Source: Utricularia gibba (Eukaryota > Plantae > Magnoliophyta). From it: DNA of 64,000 bases. A program made the translations under genes and the position numbers. The notes under the pieces were generated by a model. That model saw only the letters and a program-made list of their open reading frames with translations. It made no database searches and had not been told where the DNA came from. Position 1 is the stretch's first letter; each line of letters opens with the position of its first letter. Below are positions 38,212 through 50,965 of this stretch, piece after piece. The stretch lies in the NCBI GenBank assembly GCA_002189035.1, contig NEEC01000012.1:1240001-1304000 (forward strand), written 5' to 3'.

Positions 38212-39613
38212 TGATAACACACATTTTTCCTGAAATTTATAACACAAAATAGCTATATTTTATTATGGTTTGAGTTAGATAAATATGGTTTTTAATGTTT
38301 TAGTGGTGTTTATGTTAATCTTGTGTGATTATGCTAAAAAGTGGACTAAATCCTTTGATTTAGTCCACAACTTTTGTTACTAATGTTTTACTAAGTTTAG
38401 CAGGGAGATCAGCAGAAAATCAGACGTGCAAACGTGTGGAACAAGTGAAGAAGGGCGCAAAATCCGGAGAAGGACAAAGAGCACTGTTCTGCTGCCACCA
38501 CAGTCTGCAAGTTCAGAACAGGAACAGTACTGGCAGTCAGAAACAATGCAATGGAGTGAAGCAAAAGAAATGGAAATTAATTTAAAAAAAGAAGGAGAGC
38601 GTAAAGAAGCGAAGAGCGAGGGGACGCAAAGGGGGTCTTCTTCCCCAACGGGAAAAACACCAACCAGAAGGGGGAAGGGAGGCCTCCATCATCAAGAACA
38701 GCACCGGAGCCCAGCCCAGCACTACTGTTCCGGGCGGTGAACAGTAGCTAGCGGGCGGAAAAACAATATCTATTTGCTTTCCGTTTTTCTGAACATTTCA
38801 AGTTTCTGCATTTGACTTGTTACAATATTTCTACCATTTAGGCCAGCTTATATGAATGAAATCGTGTTTTATTTCGCAAGCATGAGTAGCTAGAGTCTTA
38901 GGAATGCCTTAAGGTGAAGTGGGTGGTATGTGCTTAGGTTGATGATGAAATTTAGTTGTCTTCCTTAACTCTTATTTCTAACAAACCATGGGTAGACCTA
39001 AGAAGGAAAACAAGTAGTTTCACAACTTAGAAGCTTGGTTTAGAGGTAGACCAACAAACCAAGACGGGAGCAGTCGGTGTTAGTCCAGGGTAAAACCAAT
39101 AGAATCGGGTAGACTTAGTTCTATGTATCTTGCATGCGGGTAGACCTAATTGCAATGTTGGTTATGATATTTGGGACTAGCTTAAGCCAAAAATATGATG
39201 AATGACCTGGGTAGACCTAGGTTATTCGAAGTTGTGAGTGTAGGAAGACAGCAAATTAAGTTAGAAACCTTAGTATGACACCACCCGCAGATCCTTAAGG
39301 CGTCCTCGTATTAGTCTGAGTCAAAACTAGTACATGTTACCTTAGCGTCAAGACATGATATTGCTTACCTACTTTTTTTTTACTGAACTTGTTTACCATT
39401 GTTAGTCCGAGCTTAGACTAAGACCTACTATTATCCGAAATCTTTATGCATTTACTAAAACACTTAGCAAGCACAAGCTCTTCGTGATCGACCCCGAAAT
39501 CCACTATACAAGTTTTCTAAATTTGTATTTTGTGTAGATTAGGGAGTATAAATTTATTTGATACGGATTTTCTATTTTTATTTGTAACGATATTAGGAAA
39601 TTTCCGTTTATCA
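38212..39613 (+). mobile_element. Solo LTR (1402 bp), Athila-like Gypsy
   Basis: Termini TGATAAC...GTTTATCA with a perfect 5-bp TSD AAGTG (38207-38211 / 39614-39618). No internal coding sequence. Confidence 0.9.
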
Positions 39614-41450
39614 AAGTGAGATAACTGTCTTTTCACTATAGCCACATCTCTTTTTGGAAAACAGTTGAGTCTTTTGTTTGTTTGTTCCATTCTCAAGTCA
39701 CTGAAATTATGAAGGGGTTCTTTGGTGCAATTCCAACTTAACTAGAAATACTTCTAGAAGTAATTCTTGGACAAAAGACGTGTTGCTTTTTCTTTACATG
39801 GAGATAAATACAGTAAACCACTTCAATTTTTTTAAATTTACGATAACCTTATTCTAAAAAAAAAAACCTGAACTATTTCTGAAATCACTTCTTTAGAGCT
39901 ATATTTTTGAACTGAATCAAACAGACCTGATGTCTCGTTTTTTGCCACAAGGTCCATGGAGATATAAGGATGAATTGCAAGGAAGGATAAGAGATATAAA
40001 GAGGAAGAGTAGATCTAAGGAATAAATATATTCGAGAAGTAAGATATATTTTTAATAACGATTTCTCATATTTTGGTAATTAAGAAAAAATATGAGAACT
40101 AGAGGCAAGTCAATTGTTGAAAGAGCATCAAATCTGTGCAAGAGTTAAAGCTTATCTTTTTGTTTGTTACTTGATTTTATTACTCTCTTTGGTTGATTTT
40201 ATATATAAAGCTTGAATTCATGTAAAACTTAATACGAAAATACAAAGAATTTTTTCTTTGCACATTTTTTTTCCGGTATCAAAGCAAGGTTTAGTATCGG
40301 ATCTTGTTTCCTTCTCTGTAGTCAACTTTGTGTCCATTAGACTCACCCCAACTAACTACAACCTGTGGAGGCTTCAATTCATTGCCTTAGCAAAAAGCGA
40401 AGGACTTGTGGGTCACATTGAAGGAGACGTCACACCAACTACAAAATTTTCAACCAGACCATCCAATCACAAGGGAGAGTTTGTCCCTCAAATCACTAGT
40501 CAATATCAAGAATGGAAAAAGGCAGATCAACTTCTCAACAGCTGGATGATCGACACAATGACAGAAGAACTATTGATACATGTAGTCGGACAAGAAACTG
40601 CCAGAGAAATCTGTGATACCTTAAAAAATACTTATGCTCGTGTTTCTGAAGAACAAAAATTCACTACGGCACAGACTCACATTCTTGCAAAAAGGAGAAA
40701 AATCCGTTGCAGACCATGTTCTAGAATTCAAGGTGATTTGCGACATCCTATCAACGATCAAGAAATTTGTTTCTGATAGCAAGAAAGTCTCGTACATGCT
40801 ATACAATCTAGGAAGAGACTATGATGCATTCACCATTGCAATGAACAAGGATCCAAAACCAATCTATGGCAATTCATCTCTCAATTGGAAAGCCTCAAGA
40901 TGTGAAGAACTTCGTTTCCAGAATCAAACAAACCCTTTCACTGCATAAAATGCAGTCCAACAACCAAATAATAGGCACAACAATAAAAAAGCTTCTCTTC
41001 TAGAGATAGGGGATTTCCATAATAATTAGCAATCCAACTTCCAATCAAGATCTCCCCCACCTAGAAAAAGGAGGATGACTCCATAAGAATGAGAACTCTA
41101 CAAAGACGAAATTTTCCAGTTCTATGATATCAAGGGGCATATAGCAAAAATCTGCTGGAGACTCTCATCAACCATCGTAAACAATCCTCATCAACTCAAA
41201 AACACTGAAATACTAGAAGCCTTGGCAGCACTAACCCTTGACACCTCTCTAATTGAGACAGAGTGGATCTCACACATTGGAGCACCAAATCACATCTCAG
41301 GTACCGCTAAACTCTTTACTTCATTAAATAAATATATTGGTTATGCACATGTGTTCGTTGCAGATGGATCATCAGTACCAATCAGAGGTATTGGTGACTA
41401 GTATATAAACGGTACACAAACTACATTAACATTAACAAATATCATATATG

Positions 41451-44400
41451 TGTTAAATTTGAAGGTGTAACTCTCAGGCTTTGCTGCTGAGTGTAGGACT
41501 GAATTGTAAAGGAAAGGTTGAGTGTTATTGAACGAAAGAACTACAATTACATCAGTGCAGCAGCACTGTCATAAATAGACAACAAAACACTTCGTAACTA
41601 ACGACACAAAATTAGAGATTGACTGCAGCATAAAAATGGCAACAAACTCCAACTATGTTTGATCACCAACAGTTTCCATGAGACTAGGGACAGTTGGACA
41701 GGGCCTTATTAGCAGTGAAAATGATTGTACTTAAACATGACAAGAACGATTAGAATTAGTGACAATCTCCCCCTTGATCATTTTTCCATCAATCACGCCT
41801 AGCTGATTCCTCATATGCTCAAAGTGTCCGAGAGGTAATGCTTTAGTGAGGACATCAGCTACTTGTTCTTCTGAACTGCAATGCAAGAAACTAAGTTCTT
41901 TGTTCTTTTGTCTTTCCCGAATGCAATGATACTTCACTGAAATATCAGTGTAGCTGCCTGATTTTCTTTCCAACATCCGTGAGCATTTTTCTCAACCAGC
42001 AAGCTTGGTTTTCATCAAGAGATGCAGCCACGTACTCTACTTCAGTAGTGGATTGTGCTATATCCGCCTGCTTTTTTGAGTTCCAACATATACCAGCCGA
42101 TGCAAGTTTGAACACATAACCAGAAGTACTTCTGAAATCCTTTGTTCCTGCAAAATCTGAGTCAACGAAACCATATAAATCCTTGCTGCTCTTCTTGTAG
42201 TATAAGCCATAAGAAGATGTTCCAACAATGTATCTTAAGACCCTTTTCGCACATTGCAAGTGATTTTCCATCGGCTGGTGCATAAACCTAGATAGAAGGC
42301 TAGTTACAAACATGATGTTTGGCGTAGTGTTGGTGAGGAACATCAATGACCTGAAAATTGATATGAAAAGTGTTAAAACAACAGCCTTCCTTTCCTCTTG
42401 TGCAGCTATAGCAAGTAAGAGTCTAATGGTATCAAATCTAGCAACATGGGCAAAGGTATCATAGTAATTGATACCATGCTCTTGGGAGTAGCCCTTGACT
42501 ACCAACCTTGCCTTATACCTTTGTAGAGTTCCATCAACATTGGTCTTGATCTTGAACACCCATTTGAGTCCAATGATGTGGGCTTCAGGTGGAGGATCGA
42601 CCAGAATCCAAGTGTTATGTTTCTGAATCATCTTAAGCTCTTCTTCCATAGCCCTTTTCCAATGGGATTGTTGTAAGGCTTCCCCCACAGTTTGCGGTTC
42701 TCAGGATGCAATGGCAAGGTTTGCATATTCATGTATGTCTATAAATGACCTTGTCCTTTGTAGTGAGGTTCCTGTCTGATAACAGTCGAAACCTTGTGCC
42801 CTCACCTTCATCAATATTGGAGGGAGTGCTACTTGGTGAGTGGATGTTCTCTTGAGCATCTACTGGATTATCTAAGCTATTCACATCATCAGGTTGAGGG
42901 GTTGTACCCGAATAAGCATCATCATCCAGATCATCAAGAATCGTTGACCTTTTTTGAGACACTAACCACATGTGAGGCAGGAAGGTTGTACTCCCAATCC
43001 CATAAGTCATCCTCATCAATCCACACACTTCGAGCTATACTTACTCTTTTTTTTGTGGATTGTAGATTCTATAGCCTTTTGTACCTTCAGAGTATCCGAT
43101 GAATATACTAGCCAGCGAACGGTTATCCAACTTAGACCACAACTCAGCTGGCACTAGAGTGTATGCTACTGATCCGAATACCCTAAGGTGACCAACAGTT
43201 GGTTTCCTACCATGCCATACTTCGTATGGTGTTATGCCATCCAAGGTGCTTGATGCAATCCTGTTTTGCACATAAACAGCTATGCCCACTGCTTCACACC
43301 AGAATTGTTTGGCTAGCCTCTTTTCTAGAAGTAAGCAACGAGCCATGGCCATGATTACTCCATTTTTTCTTTCCACTACACCATTTTGTGGTGGGGAGTA
43401 TGGCACCATGGTATGGTGTTTGATCACTTCCTTTCTGAGCTCATCTTTGAAAAGGGTGGAGTTGAATTCTCCACCATTATCTATCCGAAGACACATCATC
43501 TTATAGCCAGAACTCTTCTCAACTAAGGCTTTATAGTTGAGATAGTTTTCCAAAGCTTGGCTTTTGTATTTCATAAAGAAAATCCAGCAATATCGAGACA
43601 TATCATCAACAAAACTTATGAAATACCTGCTGCCACCTAGTGATTCTACTTTCATAGGACCACATATGTCAGAATGTACTAGCTCTAGATGTTTTTCAGC
43701 CCTGAACCGAGCTTGATGTGGATACGGAACCTGCTTCATCTTACCTTGCAAACAAATGGCATAGCTGGGCCTGTCAAGTGAGTGTAATTGTGGTAGATCT
43801 TTGCAAGTCTGCCTTTTAGACATTAGCTCTAGAGTATGGTTGCTTATATGGCTAAATACCTTATGCCATCGTGACTGAGACACCACACCAGCTGCATTAG
43901 CTGACTCAGTCATAATGAGAGGCTAGGGTAGATGATAGTTACCTCTAGTGGCTAATATTTTAATCACCTCAACCCCTAATGGGTCTATGATTGTGCAAGT
44001 TCCACCTCCGAAGATAACTTTAAATCCTATGTCATCAAGTTTTTTCACACTCAACTGGTTCCACCTCCAAGCCTTATGCTTGCAGTCTTAGAGTAGTTTA
44101 ATGTTGCAAAGCACTTTTTATTTCCAATCATATGCGCAGAGCACCCTGAATCCACAAGCCAGCTAGTTAGCGAAGTGTATTCTGATGCTTGGGTTCTACT
44201 AGCAAACAGAACCTCGGCCTTTGACGCATCTGGCAGCAGAGATTTTGCTCCACTATTGCTGGGATAGAGTAGTTTAGTAGCAAATAAATTTTCAGTCCCA
44301 CCATCTGTAACAATTTCAGCAACGGAGGCCTGAACTTGTGGTGGCTGATTTTTTTTTTTTTTTTGCATACTTTGTCCACATGACCTAATGGATTACACAC

Positions 44401-45552
44401 CGAGCAATGCCATCTAGCCTCCAGAAACAAAAACTTTCAGAATGTGAATTTCTCTTACAGTGCTTGCATGAAATGAATTTTGCTTTTTCTTTTCTTTTGC
44501 GTCCTTTATTTTTGCTTGCTTTAGTAGTTTTCTCCTTAGGACCAGATTGGTTAAGAGCAGACTTCCCAAGCTGCAAAGCAACTAGAGCTCTCTCCACCAC
44601 ATGGTCTCTAGCTGCAACCCTGCACTCAAGAGCTTGAATTGCACTAGAGACTTTTGCAACCGTGAGGTTTGGATAATCAGTGCTGCATTCTAGAGACGAA
44701 ATCTTGAGCTCGAAACAGGGCAACACTGTGTGCATGATTTTCTTAGCTAGGGTGAATTCACTCTTGATATCTCCTAGCATTTGCAATTGGGTAACTACCT
44801 TCATAAAACGATCAACATACATTTTTATCGTCTCAGATGGCAGCATTCTCATGCTTTCGTACTCCATTTCAAGGTTTGCGATTCGCATCTCCTTAGAATG
44901 TGCATCTCCTTCAAACTCCATTTTGAGCTTATCCCAAATCTCCTTGGCTGTTTTGCACATTAGTGTTCTTGGAATTATGGACTTATCCATACCTGAGCAG
45001 AGAACGACTTTGGCTTGTCCTTCCCGAGCTTGGAGTTCTTCTGATCTTTTAACTCGTTCCAACGAAGCATTTGCCAAGAGAGTTTCAAGCTACACGCTAG
45101 AACTAACAATCTCCCATAGTTTCATTGCTTGTAGGTAAGTAGTCATTTGTACTGCCCATACTGCATAATCTTCGCCGTTGAACTTCCAGACAGCACCTGA
45201 TTGAGTAGCATCCATGATCGACACGCTCTGATACCACTTGTTAAATTTGAAGGTGTAATTCTCAGGCTTTGCTGCTGAATTTAGGACTGAATTGTAAAGG
45301 AAAGGTTGAGTGTTATTGAACGAAAGAACTACAATTATATAAGTGCAACAGCACTGTCATAAATAGACAACAAAACACTTCGTAACTAATGACACGAAAT
45401 TAGAGATTGACTGCAGCGTAAAAATGGCAATAGACTCCAACTATGTTTGATCACCAACGATTTCCGTGAGACCAGGGACAGGTGGACAGGGCCTTATTAG
45501 CAGTGAAAATGATTGTACTTAAACATGACAAGAATGATCAGTATTAGTGACA
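41451..45552 (-). mobile_element. Ty1/Copia element B nested in A; LTRs 41451-41764 and 45239-45552
   Basis: Two 314-bp LTRs with 19 mismatches by hand count. Perfect Met-PBS at 45225-45236 and a PPT next to 41764. Gag, protease WLVDSGCSAHM, integrase 43041-43913, RT/RNase H 41945-42688. Perfect TSD ATATG (41446-41450 / 45553-45557). Confidence 0.96.
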
Positions 45553-47348
45553 ATATGTTCCAAAATTGAAAAGGACTTTGCTTTCAGTCAGTCAATTAAC
45601 CAACCAATATCCTATTAATTGTGAGTTTAGTAATAATTTCTGTTTTGTTAAGAAATGGAAAACACGGAAACCAATAGCAAAGGGAAGCCATAGAGGAGAC
45701 TTTTATGTGCTGACATATTCTCCTCAAGCATTCTTTTCAAGTCGGTTTAAATCATGCATTGAGGATATTTGACATTAACAATTAGGCATCCTCAAAAATC
45801 AGTATTTACGTTCTTAAAAAATAAAAGCATGCTCAAAGTGACCAAGCCATCCTCCCATTCATTTTGCAACAATTGCCAGCTAGAAAAACTTGGCAAATTA
45901 TCATTTTCTGCTCGTACCAGTACCTCAAGTGCTCCATTTGAAATTTTTTGTTGTGATTTATGGGGACCTGCACGAGTTGATTCACTTAGTAAATTTCAAT
46001 TTTATGCGTGTTTAGTAGAGGATTATACAAAATACATGTGGTTTCCTTTACGACAAAAATCTTATTTATTGATTTATTCGTGCAGTTTGAGAAATATGTG
46101 GAACGACAGTTTGAGAAACAAATAAAGATCTTTCACTCAGATGGGGGAGGAGAATTTTTGAATAATTCCTTAAAAGTGCATTTTTAAAAAATAGGCATAG
46201 AACATCACTTGCAGTGTGCTTATACAGCTGAACAATTAGAAACCGTTGAAAGACGACACTGAACAATTGGAAAACATGGGATGGCATTACTATTTCACAG
46301 TGGACTCCTTCTAAAGATGTGGGTCGAAGCATTTGGGACAGAAGTTTATTTAATGAATAGGACACGAACAGCAGCCCTAAAAAACAAGGTACCTTATATG
46401 ATGATATTTCATAAAATGCCAGATTATTTGAATTTACATGTGTTTTGATCCAAGTACTTTCATTATACTTGAGATACAAGAAAAAATAAATTTGATCCAA
46501 AGAATGTCCTTTGTGTCTTCATTGGATATAGTGATGTATTAAAAGGTTACAAATGTTTAGGAACAAAATCATAGTCTCAAGACATGTTATTTTTGATGAA
46601 TCTGTTTTCTGTACAAACATGCAAATGGACTAACCGAAAACATGCAGAATGTTGAAGCAATTTTTTCAGAGTAGATACATGAATTAGAAGCTGAAAAAAT
46701 GAAAACAGCTGCACCAAATGATCATCAGCAATAGCAACATCAAATCATGCTTATAAACTCCCAACAATAGCAGTCTTGTCAGAAATAACTCAGTCTTTAA
46801 CTGAAACTCCTACAACACCAGTGGCACAAAATTTGACTGAACCATACCTTGAAAATACAAGATTTGAGACTGACTCAAGAGAAGACACTGGAGAGGAAAT
46901 AGTAAGTGTTCATCCAAATGCTATTACGAACTTAGAAATAGACAATGTTGCTTTTCACATAACACAGCAAATTAAAACTCGCTCCCAAAGTGGTGTGGGT
47001 AAACCCAATCCGAAATATCTGCTGCTTGCTGAGAGCCAAGGTCGTGAAAGAAGCACTCGAACATGAAGGATGGAAGGAGGTGGTGAATAAGGAACTTGAT
47101 ACATTACAGAAAAATGAGACATGGGAACTAGTACCTCGGAAATTACTATGCATATCATTGGCTGCAAATGGTTCTTCAAATCAATGTTGAAACCTGATGG
47201 ATTCTTAGAAAAGCTAAAGGCATGACTAGTGGCAAAAGGGTTCATTCAAATTGATGGAATAGATTACACTGAAGCATTCTCTCTAGTAATATGGTTAGGT
47301 ACCATAAGACTGATTATTTCTATTGGTTTGATGAAAAATTGGGAGATT

Positions 47349-50300
47349 TGAAGGATGTATTCAATAATGTGGGTCTTACAAGTAAGCTGTTTAGTTTACT
47401 TGTGTCCAGAATAAATATATCATTAGGATAAAGTATATGTAAGTTACTAATTGAATAGGAGGTTATGAACAAAGGTTAGTTTTGTTCGATTAATTGTGTC
47501 AGTTAATATAATGGTTATAAAACCATGTTTATTGCTAATGAAAGTTGAAGTTTTTTCCTTCCAAATTGCCCTGTGTCTGGTTCAATTTTGTGATTGAACT
47601 TTCTATTTAATACTTCGTGTTTAACATTTGGTATCATAGCAGTTGCATTCGGCCATGTGATTGGGTGTTTACGCCCACAAGCCTTTGGTGCCCTTTGTTA
47701 TTAATAATTCCTAATTCTGGAATCATGGAGAAATCATCCAGTGGTTCTCCAATGTTTAATGGGCAAACTACTCTCAATGGGTAGTTCTTATGTCTACCTT
47801 TATGAAAGGGCAAGGAATTTGGTCTACTGTTTTTGAAGAAGAAGAACTTGTTGCACCTTCAAATACATCAGCCACTCAAGCTCATGTGCATCATGAAGAG
47901 GTTGCTCATTATTACAGGGCACTTGATTGTATTTTTTCCACTGTTGACTCTTCAATTTTCTCTTGCATCATGTATTGCACCACTGCTAAAGCAGCTTGGG
48001 ACAAGATTGCAGAAACTTTTCAAGGTTCAGAATTGAAGAAAAAATTTGAAACTGCAAAAATGAAGGAAACGGAAAAGATCAAGGACTATATTGACCATTT
48101 CTTGGTGATAAATTTGATGATTAGTGAATTGTTGAAAAAATCTGAGTATCTATTCTTGAAAAGTTTGATGCCCAAATTGCTTCTATACTAAGATTTCTAA
48201 TATGAAAGTTGATGAATTGGTCTCTACTTTGCAATCTTTTGAATCATGCCTGGTCCTCAAGGAAGGGAAACCTATCCTAGAGAAAGCTTTGATGGCTAAT
48301 GATTCAAAACAATATTCTCTGAAGCATGATGTGAAAAAGAAAGGGAAAAAATTTAAAGAAAAAAACTCTAAAGGGAAGTTTCCTCTATGTTCTCATTGTA
48401 AAAGGACAAACCATACTGAGAATTATTATTTTCAAAGACCTGATGCTCAATGTACATGTTGCTCTCCGTTTGGAAATGTTGAAATAATATGTCCCTTGAG
48501 GAAGACTAATGCTAATGTGGCTACGGTTGATTGTAGCCCCACACCTAATGAAGGTATCGCTTTGGTTTCCATTTTTGAAGGTCTTAACCAAAGTGAAGAT
48601 GGCGTTATTAGTCCTCTTATTTGAGTCAATGCTGAGGTTGCATGTGGTTGGTTCATTGATAGTGGTTGCACAAGCCATATGATAGATAATAAAAATTATT
48701 TCACTGTTTTGGACTTTTTCTTTAAATCCACTATGATTGGAATCGGTGGTAAAATTCTTGAAGGCATTGGCATAATTATTTTGAAATCAGTTTTTGGGCC
48801 TAGATTACTCACTGATGTGTTTTATTTGCCGAGACAATTATGGAGCAAGCCTAAGTGTGAAACAATTAATGCACAATGGTTTTTCAATTGTTTTTAAAAA
48901 CAATCATTGTGATGTTTTTGATGATAAAGGGAATTTCCTCTTTTCAGTCCTTGAAAAAAAAATCAAAAATTCATTCCAGATTTTTGTGCTTTTCTAGCAA
49001 ATTACAAGTGATGAGACTAGACTTTGGCACCGTAGGTTTGTTCATTTAAGTTTCGAATATATGAGGATCATATTGAGCAAACAAGTGGTCAAGAATTTAA
49101 ACCTGGGCTTCCTCAAATTTTTTCAACATGTCAGTATGGCAAGCTTCAGCAAAAGCCTTTTATTTCGTCCTCCTTCAAGACATCCATGAGATTGGAGTTA
49201 TTTCACAGTGATCTTTGTGGATCATTTCCTGTCTCCTCCTTGGGTGGAAGTAACTATTTTCTGATCTTTATGAATAATTATAGTCAATACTATTGGATTT
49301 ACTTCTTACAAAACAAATCTGAAGCTTTTGCAACATTCAAGAAATTTCAATCACATGCAGAAAATTATGACTCTTATGATTAAACACCTTGTTGAGAAAG
49401 TCGTAAATTATCTGAAATCATTGAAAGATGAAATCTTTCTCTTGAACTTGATACTCTATTTGAAGCTTTGTTGTCCCCAATTTGGAAAGCTACCATGGAG
49501 GAGGAGCTCATGATGATTAACAAGTATCATACGTGGGAACTTGTTGATGCTCTTAATGATAGAAAAATCATAGGTCTTAAGTATATTTTTTGTGTCAAGT
49601 TAAACTCGGATAGATTTCTCAACAAATATAAAACTAGATTGGTGGTTAAGGAATATGATCAAGTTGAAGGTGTTGATTATCTTGACACATTTGCACCAGT
49701 TGCTCGTTTGGATATCATTCGAGTTCCTTTGGCCATTTCTATTATCTTCAAATGGACTGCTCACCAGTTTGATGTTAAGTTTGTGTTTTTGAATGGTGAA
49801 CTTGAGGAGGAGATATATGTTACTCACTCTCCAGGTTTTGAGAAGGCAAACCAGTTATCCAACATTTATCTCTTGAAAAAGGCCTTACTCGTTTAAATAG
49901 ATTCATGTTATCTTGTGGCTTTGAAAAAGAATTGTGTGATCGTACTCTCTATGTTAAGCATTTAGGTGGTGACATGTTGGTTGTTTCTATTTATGTGGAT
50001 GACGTACTTGTATGTGGCAAAGGAGGGCATGCCTATGATGACTTCTGAATTCTTCTGCAGCAATTTAAAATTAATGAATTAGGCAAGTTTTCTTACTTCT
50101 TGGGAATTGAAGTCTCCCAATCTTCACAAGGGATCTTCGTGTCTCAAGGAAAATACGTCGATGACATTCTGAAGCAATATGGATTTGTGAGCTGCAGCGG
50201 TGTACCAACACAGATGATTCCATATTCAAAAATTGGCAAACATGGTGATGCTCCTATAGTGGAACTTGTCGAATAGAAGTCTTTGATTGGGAAATCGTTG

Positions 50301-50965
50301 GTTCACTTTGTTACAGCCAAGAATATACTATGGTACTTGAAGGAAACCTCTGATTTTGGAATTTTATATAACTCTGGTGGAGAACTTAATCTATTTGATT
50401 TCTCAGATTAAAACTTTGCGGGCTCTTTGGATGATATGAATAGCACTTCTGAGTATTATTTCAACCTCAGACGTGGAATGGTTAGCTAGTGCTTGAAAAA
50501 AACAATGCACAATTGCACAATCAACTGCGGAAGACGAATACTATGCTGCTTCAAAGGCTTATAGTTAGGCACTATGCGTTAGAAAATTATTTGCTGATTT
50601 GACGTTAACTTGTTTGAGACCTAGAACATTTTGGGTGACTCAAAATCTGCTATTGCTGTTGCAAGGAATCCCCTTTTCCATGGCCATTGCATGCTTCTAG
50701 ATTTAGTCAATTTAGGAAGCACTTAGGATTGTGCTCAAAGAATTGTGTCAATTAATGTAATGGTTTTAAAACCATTAATGTAATGGTTTCAATTTAGGCA
50801 GTTATGAACAAAGGTTAGTTTTATTCAATCAATTGTGTCAATTAATGTAATAATTTTAAAACCATATTTATTGTTAATGAAACTTGAAGTTTTTTCCTTC
50901 CAAATTACCTTGTGTCTAGTTTATTTTTGTGATTGAAATTTCTTTTCAATAATTCTTGTTTAACA
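47349..50965 (+). mobile_element. Ty1/Copia element C nested in the RT of A; 5' LTR 47349-47626, 3' LTR remnant ~50801-50965
   Basis: PBS TGGTATCATAGC at 47629. Gag zinc knuckle CSHCKRTNH, protease WFIDSGCTSHM, partial integrase, RT (FAPVARLDIIR, YVDD) and RNase H. Perfect TSD AGATT (47344-47348 / 50966-50970). Confidence 0.93.

Noticed and set aside
39914-39927. TIR-like ATCAAACAGACC as the right end of Harbinger element 2
   Set aside because: Its reverse complement (GGTCTGTTTGAT) does not match the left terminus GGGATGCATTTGG, and no shared 3-bp TSD exists. It may belong to another element.
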